A model generated the notes under the pieces. It made no database searches. It saw nothing but the letters and a program-made list of their open reading frames with translations, and was not told the DNA's origin. A stretch of DNA of 64,000 nt from a virus, in the IMG/VR virus record IMGVR_UViG_3300047557_002769, positions 64,001 through 128,000 of that record. The stretch is one strand, 5' to 3'. The translations under genes and the position numbers were made by a program. Positions 57,894 to 64,000 of the stretch are shown piece after piece. Every line of letters begins with the position of its first letter. The stretch's first letter is position 1.

Positions 57894-58241
57894 ATGCTAA
57901 TACAACTACTCGAATATTCAATGTCTGCCTCTCACAAGGCATCTATCGCTCGTTCTAGACGCGGTACTAGACATTCACCTCAAACCAAGTCAAAGATTGC
58001 AAAATCTATGGCTGGTAAGTCTAATCATGAGGGAAAGAAGCATACTCGTCTTGCTAAATCACGAATCTCCATTAAAAGAGGTGATTATGATCCAATCGGG
58101 GATAAGAGATGGATTGTGAATATTAATGGTAAGACGTATAGAAGAAAGAAAGCTCCAGAGGGCTACAAACTAGGACAGCGTAACTGGAACGAAGAGTTTA
58201 TTGGCTTCGCGCAGTTTTTGGAACAAAGCGACCAGTCTTAA
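57894..58241 (+). CDS. NUMOD3-motif basic DNA-binding protein, late expressed
   Basis: HSPQTKSKIAKSMAG, GKKHT..AKSRIS; TATAAATA at 57881-57888. Confidence 0.65.
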   Translation: MLIQLLEYSMSASHKASIARSRRGTRHSPQTKSKIAKSMAGKSNHEGKKHTRLAKSRISIKRGDYDPIGDKRWIVNINGKTYRRKKAPEGYKLGQRNWNEEFIGFAQFLEQSDQS

Positions 58242-58369
58242 CTTTCTTAAATTCTTCGTTTTCTCTATACTTCTTAGCCTCGGTTTTCCGGGGCTTACTT
58301 TTGTTCAAAAGACGATAGATGGCTAGCTGATCTTCATCGAGCCCGCAAGCGTCAGCAAAATCAAATCGA

Positions 58370-58908
58370 TCACGTTTCATTTTTATGAGCAACGTATTCT
58401 TCCAGAGTGGATTGCATTTTTTCAAATTTAACCTGATAGATCGTAAACAGACCAAGTAGGTAATTATCTACATCATCTTCCGATAACCTATCACGAGAAT
58501 AATAGAGTGCTTTAATATCATCTACGACATTCCAGCACTCCATCATAGACTGCTCAACATCGTAGATATTCTTAGGAGCAAAAGTAAGTTTATCAAACAT
58601 AATTAAAGGCAAACAATACGCTGTTCGTAGTAGATGTTACCAAAGTTATCTGCACGAGGAAGCACCTGAACGGCACAGACTGGTTGACGAATCACAGGAG
58701 GATGACCATATACACCGGGGAAAGGCATATTAATAACTGGAGGAATAGGTTGAACAACAGGCGGAACTTGTACTTGACCGTTACGCATAATTTGCTGGAG
58801 GATGATAGTACCAGCGATACCAGCCAGAGCACCTTGCTCACGATCACCCCAAGCAAGAGCTGGAACAGAAGCAGCAGCAATAAGACCGGCGACGATAAGT
58901 TTCTTCAT
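58370..58908 (-). CDS. Two hypothetical ORFs (58370-58600; 58603-58908 with signal peptide)
   Basis: MKKLIVAGLIAAASVPALA signal peptide followed by WGDREQG. Confidence 0.55.
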
Positions 58909-58932
58909 ACAAATCTCCTTTAGATGTATGTA

Positions 58933-59439
58933 TTATATAGTAATCTCGGGTAATTGCAACCAGTTACGTAACGCCCCGATAGTTACGTCTACATCAGAGT
59001 GAAGAATAGCTTTTCCTCCCGCTTCTTCGAAATCATCAATATTAGCCCATGTATCGTCAATCAGGAAAGAATTAGCGTCTGCAAAACCTTTTTTATACTT
59101 TTTCCCAGGAACGACAATAGGTGTCCAGTCAATATTGTGACGCTTTAACCAAAATACCTTTTGTTCACGAATCGTTTCGTAAAACTCGTAACCAGCAGAT
59201 GAAGATAGAATTACCTTTTCAACATCCAGAGAATGAAGAAACGAAATAAGTTTCTGTGCTCCTTCATGGTAATCAAGAAAAGCAAAACCGTTAGAGCTTA
59301 CAAAGGCCTTCCAGTTACGTCGATATTCTTTATCCTTACCAGCTTTACGAAGATCTAGCCCGTTAACTCCAAACATTTCAAAGTAATGTTTATCGAAGTC
59401 ACAGAGTACTCCGTCCATATCAACAAAAATTCGTTTCAT
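58933..59439 (-). CDS. HAD-family 5'(3')-deoxyribonucleotidase
   Basis: IFVDMDGVLCDF, K..W, LIDD...NI..F..AGG..ILH. Confidence 0.85.
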   Translation of the reverse strand: MKRIFVDMDGVLCDFDKHYFEMFGVNGLDLRKAGKDKEYRRNWKAFVSSNGFAFLDYHEGAQKLISFLHSLDVEKVILSSSAGYEFYETIREQKVFWLKRHNIDWTPIVVPGKKYKKGFADANSFLIDDTWANIDDFEEAGGKAILHSDVDVTIGALRNWLQLPEITI

Positions 59440-59621
59440 AGGTGAAATTCTCGCAGTTTTTCAAATGTCCTGCCCTTAGCGCTAAAGCCAATAGGACTCT
59501 TAAAGATTTTACCTTCCCCGGTAATACCGTTAATGTAGGCGTACATATAACGTTTACTGTTATCAGTAAAGTAAATATGCAGCGGGAAAGGCCAGGGAGT
59601 AGTTTCTTGAAGGACTAGCAT
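59436..59621 (-). CDS. Small hypothetical protein
   Basis: LQETT.W...H.Y...F....R.F.KL pattern. Confidence 0.5.
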   Translation of the reverse strand: MLVLQETTPWPFPLHIYFTDNSKRYMYAYINGITGEGKIFKSPIGFSAKGRTFEKLREFHL

Positions 59622-59643
59622 GAATACATTATATGATAAAACT

Positions 59644-59668
59644 AAAAACCCGGCAACTGCCGGTTTTA
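59644..59668 (-). terminator. Terminator after ahpD
   Basis: AAAAACCCGGCA-AC-TGCCGGTTTTT inverted repeat. Confidence 0.6.
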
Positions 59669-59671
59669 CTG

Positions 59672-60184
59672 TTACGATGCCATTACTCTTGATACTGCCG
59701 TCATTACTGCAGCTATCCGACCAATATCCCGTAACTGTTCTACCGAATAGCCTTCGTTACGTAATGTCTTGTAGTGAGCATTAACGCAGAAGTGACATTT
59801 TCCAACGATAGATGCAGCAAGTGAATATGCTTCGAATCTTGCTTTAGTAGTTCCACCGTGAGTTGCAATAGCGTTCATTCTTAATTGAGCTGGAAGGCCT
59901 TCTAGTTGAGGATCGTCTGCCATTTCAACATAAGGATACCAAACGTTGTTCATTGCCATTAGCGATGCAGCGGTAATAGATGCGTTTACTTCTGTTTTAT
60001 TCTCAATAACGCTAGACATCCATGTCCAGAGTTTGGTATTACCGGTAGCAAATACAGCAGCTAATGCACAGGCTTCAGCTTCTTCTGGAGCCAGAGTACT
60101 ACGCTTAACAACAGCATCGATGTTCAAACGAGTATCTTTTGCGTAATCAGGAATGGTTTCTTTTAATTGATCTACCCAGTTCAT
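59672..60184 (-). CDS. ahpD: Alkyl hydroperoxide reductase AhpD
   Basis: IPDYAKD.RLN, MAMNNVWY, LRMN, E.YSLAAS..GKCHFCV.AH. Confidence 0.92.
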   Translation of the reverse strand: MNWVDQLKETIPDYAKDTRLNIDAVVKRSTLAPEEAEACALAAVFATGNTKLWTWMSSVIENKTEVNASITAASLMAMNNVWYPYVEMADDPQLEGLPAQLRMNAIATHGGTTKARFEAYSLAASIVGKCHFCVNAHYKTLRNEGYSVEQLRDIGRIAAVMTAVSRVMAS

Positions 60185-60789
60185 TTATACCCCTTTGCAG
60201 TTAGAACGATCTTACAAATATGTTCTAGTCGTTCAATATGTTCAAATGCACGCCAGGGTGAAGTATCTACTGCAACAACTCCATGACGGTCAATTCCTAC
60301 GATGTGATTATACAACCCACCATCCTGTGCAACACCAATAGCAGGTAGTGTAGCATCTGCTAACGCCTGACTAATAGGAGGTACATTAGGGACATTAGGT
60401 CCTACTCGTGTATACCGTCCTAGCTCTGGAAACTCTTTTACTAATTGATCTAGTTGAATTCCAGCATACATAGCAGCTACTGTGTAGGTAGGATGCATGT
60501 GAAGAACAACTCTGACCTCTGTATCGATATTTTTTTGAAGACCGTAATGAAGAGGCATTTCTCCGCTTGGTCTAAGTGCCGAACTAAGATCAGTATAGTT
60601 CATAGCCTTGTAACCGCTTAGACTCCACTTGATAAACATTTCAGGTTGTAGAGTCTGTTTACGAATACCACTGGGTGTGATATACATATGATCGCGATCA
60701 CGCCAGCGGATACTGGCATTGCCATCTCTGGCAGTAATCCAGTTCCGCTTATAAGCTTCCTGAAATAATTCAGAAACCGTCTCTAACAT
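60181..60789 (-). CDS. Class II aldolase/adducin family protein
   Basis: DGNASIR, ITPSG, PSGE.PLH, VLHMHP, HGVV. Confidence 0.85.
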   Translation of the reverse strand: MLETVSELFQEAYKRNWITARDGNASIRWRDRDHMYITPSGIRKQTLQPEMFIKWSLSGYKAMNYTDLSSALRPSGEMPLHYGLQKNIDTEVRVVLHMHPTYTVAAMYAGIQLDQLVKEFPELGRYTRVGPNVPNVPPISQALADATLPAIGVAQDGGLYNHIVGIDRHGVVAVDTSPWRAFEHIERLEHICKIVLTAKGYK

Positions 60790-61355
60790 TATAGAGTTTC
60801 TCCGCCCACTGTGCGATTGCAAGCGCAAAGCTCTCCAGTCTGAAGTGCATCTAGAATACGAAGAGTTTCTTCAGGTGAACGACCGACGTTCAGGTTATTA
60901 ACCGTAACGTGTTGAATGACGTTATCTGGATCAACAATGAATGTTGCACGAAGAGCAGCACCAGCTGGAGCGTAGAACACTCCAAGTTGCTCGATCAGAC
61001 TCAGGTTCTTGTATTTACCATCTTCAGTATAATGCCCGCGTTGCGTATCAGCAAACTGAATATGCTTGATATTTTTAAGATCAGAACGAGACACTTGCCA
61101 AGAAATCTTACAGAACTCGTTATCAGTAGAACCGGTCAGCAGAACTGCATCACGATCTTCGAAGTCTTGGAACAGCTTATCGTAAGCAACGATCTCAGTC
61201 GGGCAAACGAAAGTAAAGTCTTTCGGGTAATATACAATGACTTTCCATTTACCTTCGAAAGACTTCTCGGTAATGTCAAAGAAAGCGTCATTTGGTTGTC
61301 CAGGTTTAACACCAGTAACAACAAAAGGTTCAAGTTTATGGCCAACGGTTTTCAT
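60789..61355 (-). CDS. ahpC: Peroxiredoxin AhpC
   Basis: YPKDFTFVCPTEI, RATFIVDP, GR...E.LR.LDALQ..ELCAC. Confidence 0.95.
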   Translation of the reverse strand: MKTVGHKLEPFVVTGVKPGQPNDAFFDITEKSFEGKWKVIVYYPKDFTFVCPTEIVAYDKLFQDFEDRDAVLLTGSTDNEFCKISWQVSRSDLKNIKHIQFADTQRGHYTEDGKYKNLSLIEQLGVFYAPAGAALRATFIVDPDNVIQHVTVNNLNVGRSPEETLRILDALQTGELCACNRTVGGETL

Positions 61356-61460
61356 ATTTTCTCCATTTAAAAAAAGAAAGCAGTACACAACGTACTGCTC
61401 GATTATATAATTACTTATTACAATAGTCTATCAATTACCCATTGTAATTAACTATTACAG

Positions 61461-63240
61461 TTATAGTGGGATCGGGGGATCAAAGTCTCCTTTTGCTTTA
61501 AACACTATTTCTTTACTACCGCTATTAATGTCAAATGACATATTCTGGTAGTATGCTTCTACGAGACCTTTACGTGCAAGACTAACTCCAGCGGTAATAA
61601 GACGAAGCACACCTACTTTCTTACCCATTTCTTCTGGAGATTCAGACGTAATGCCTTCTGCTCTGGAAAGGATCTCTGCCAGAAGAAGCAACTCTGAAAT
61701 TGCATCATCATCGTCGCGCTCACAAAGAGCAGACAGCTCCATTAGATCAAAGTCGTTTAGACCTTTAAAGAAATCACCTACAGAGATGTAAGGTGAGTCC
61801 ATTAGATCAAGTGCCAGGGTGCGAGTTATCTTTGTAAAAGGCTTATGTGTTGAAACCTTCTGAAGATTAATGATGAAAGAACCATCATCTGGGTAAAGGC
61901 TGGAGTAAAGATTATCCATTATTGGTCCTCGTATTCATATTCATTATCTTCAATAAATTCAGGATCGGTGTCGATTACAATGTGACATTATCTTCAATAA
62001 ATTAAGGATCGGTGTCGATTACAATGTGACCGATATGAATTTTACCGTCTTCGTAATAGCATTCAAAATCTTTGGAAAAGTCAATAATATAACCTCCGTG
62101 AATATAATTAACACTATTACTTAGATTTAGGTCTTCTACTTTAATACATCCGATCAAGCCAGCATCTACACCGTAACCTCTTTCTTGCTCGTCCTCATAG
62201 AAGCCATCTCCCCAGCGGGTGTTGTAGCTTACAAAGCGTCTACCATCTTTAAGGGTAAACTCGCCCTGGTTACAACCGTGATCAGTTCTCCCTTCGAAGA
62301 ATAGATTACAACACTCATCCCATTCATCATGAAGGACGTAGCAGAGATCTCCAACGTAATATCTTCCTGCCGGCATAGTCATTCTGTTACCTCACCTCGA
62401 GCAAGACGCTCACTAAATGTTTGCATCCAAGTAATAACATACTCTCTTGCCTCGTGACGTTTTACACCGAAATATTCCTCAACATAAGGACCAGCACCAA
62501 ACATGTTAGTAACACCGCTTGCACGCAGACCATCGAGATACAGATTAACTTCAGATTGATCAGGTTTCATGATTAGCTTCCACAGTGGAGATAAAGTTTA
62601 TTGCCTTCTTGCCTGAACGCTTCAATAAAGATATGATGAGTATCACCTGATGCGTTAATAGCTTTCTCAGCTGCTACGTACAAATCCCACCACTTAAGAT
62701 TACCCCCGGGTAGAGGGATACGAACCTCATTACCCCACCCAGAGTATACTAGCTCTTCAGCTACAAATCCAGAGAGATCAAAAAGATTCGTTGCATCATA
62801 TAACGACCAGATAGACTTAAACCCGTTTCGTGAACGAATATCTTCGTAATGATCATTTTTCATATCGTTAATGCGATCATACTCATCCATAATAGGTCTG
62901 CGAACCTTATTCAACAGATCAAGACTTTTATTGAGTTCAGTCAAAGCACTTACAGAAAGCATGCTCTCCATTCGCTCCTTAAAGCTACGAAGATAGCAGT
63001 AAGAGTTATGCAGATCGGAAAGCTGATCTTTAGTAATAGTAAAATTCATGATATAGTTCGCCTTTCTTCAGCCCTGATAGTATAGTATATAACATAGACT
63101 TCGGCAACTGTTACTTTGTAACGACTTGCCAATTCGGTCATCTCACTATGTAACGTCTCTCTAGTAACCTGATCGAAACGTTTAATAGTTGCTTTTACAT
63201 CTTCGTGAAGTTCTGAGGTCATACAAGGCTCCGTTAACAA
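61461..63240 (-). CDS. Hypothetical ORFs (61461-61919, 62002-62382, 62379-62570, 62573-63049, 63046-63222)
   Basis: Co-oriented; motifs YYVGDLCYV..GDG.Y..VDAG.IG and LR.SG.TNMFGA. Confidence 0.55.
61943..62030. repeat. 44-bp tandem duplication with one mismatch
   Basis: Units 61943-61986 and 61987-62030. Confidence 0.9.
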
Positions 63241-63252
63241 GATGATTATAGC

Positions 63253-64000
63253 TTAACTCTTTTTCATAATCAACGTACCGTCGATAAAGATTCCATCTAA
63301 TTCTGTTGTTTTTAATACTTTAAAAGCATCTTTAATAGTAGAAACTATAGGTTTACCATCCACATTAAAAGATGTATTAAGAATCATACCTATACCAGTC
63401 GCTTTATCTAACTCAGTTAATACATCGTAAATAAATTGATTCTGTTCTCGTGTAATAGTCTGTACTCTAGCAGTTCCATCATAGTGCACTACAGGCTTGA
63501 TTTTATCCTTATATTGTTCTCTAACCTGAGGAGAAAACGTCATAAATCTAGACTCTCTATCCCAATCAAAATAAAGAGAAACATCTTCCAATCTAACTAT
63601 AGGGGAAAAAGGACGATACCATTCTCTATGTTTGACTTTAGCATTAATAATATCTTTCATATCAGGATGTTTAACAGAGCAAATAATACTTCTGTTACCT
63701 AAAGCACGCGGACCTCTTTCACTTCTTCCCTGGCATATTCCTAATATCTTTCCCTTAGCAATCAAACTAGCAACATCTTTAGGAGAAGCTTCCGATACAT
63801 TATAGTTTCCCCCTACCCCATTCTCCTCATATAGATAGGTTGCTAGACTATCTCTATCTAAAAGTTCAGGTCCTAGGTACGGGTCGTTGATTACTTTATC
63901 TGGCTTAATGTAGTTAAGCATTGCCCCAAAACTTAGTCCGCAATCTGTAGGATCAGGGGGAACAAATACTTCTCTATCTATTTCTTTTACTAACCTAGTA
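63253..64000 (-). CDS. Carbamoyltransferase (NodU/CmcH family), C-terminal part; runs off window
   Basis: P.P.DCG...GA, GRSERGPRALGNRSI, VKHREWYRPF, H.DGTARVQT, LNTSFN; frame open to window end. Confidence 0.92.
   Translation of the reverse strand, partial: TRLVKEIDREVFVPPDPTDCGLSFGAMLNYIKPDKVINDPYLGPELLDRDSLATYLYEENGVGGNYNVSEASPKDVASLIAKGKILGICQGRSERGPRALGNRSIICSVKHPDMKDIINAKVKHREWYRPFSPIVRLEDVSLYFDWDRESRFMTFSPQVREQYKDKIKPVVHYDGTARVQTITREQNQFIYDVLTELDKATGIGMILNTSFNVDGKPIVSTIKDAFKVLKTTELDGIFIDGTLIMKKS

Overview
This is a 64-kb segment of a large T4-like myovirus, transcribed almost entirely on the minus strand; the host is plausibly a proteobacterium (inference). From the left it carries the primase 5' end, a late block of head-internal/virion proteins with Dps, and the core replisome (gp41, UvsX, gp43, RegA, gp62/44/45 with a GIY-YIG endonuclease). 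Two heptose/glycosyltransferase clusters flank the replisome. A ~5.3-kb array holds 27 tRNA genes (plus one outlier at 24.3 kb) covering all 20 amino acids, interleaved with CCA-ended and stem-enclosed non-tRNA RNAs, a holin/GH19 endolysin pair and a PAAR gene. A GC-richer early region has about 12 repeated sigma70-type promoter cassettes, followed by many small accessory ORFs, an AhpC-aldolase-AhpD operon and a carbamoyltransferase. The most notable signal heads the tRNA array: an unannotated, apparently leaderless 37-codon ORF containing all 20 amino acids. Its last codons form the antiterminator of a classical ribosome-coupled attenuator, making it a candidate pan-tRNA starvation sensor that switches on the phage tRNA operon. 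All calls were made by eye; no database searches were run.
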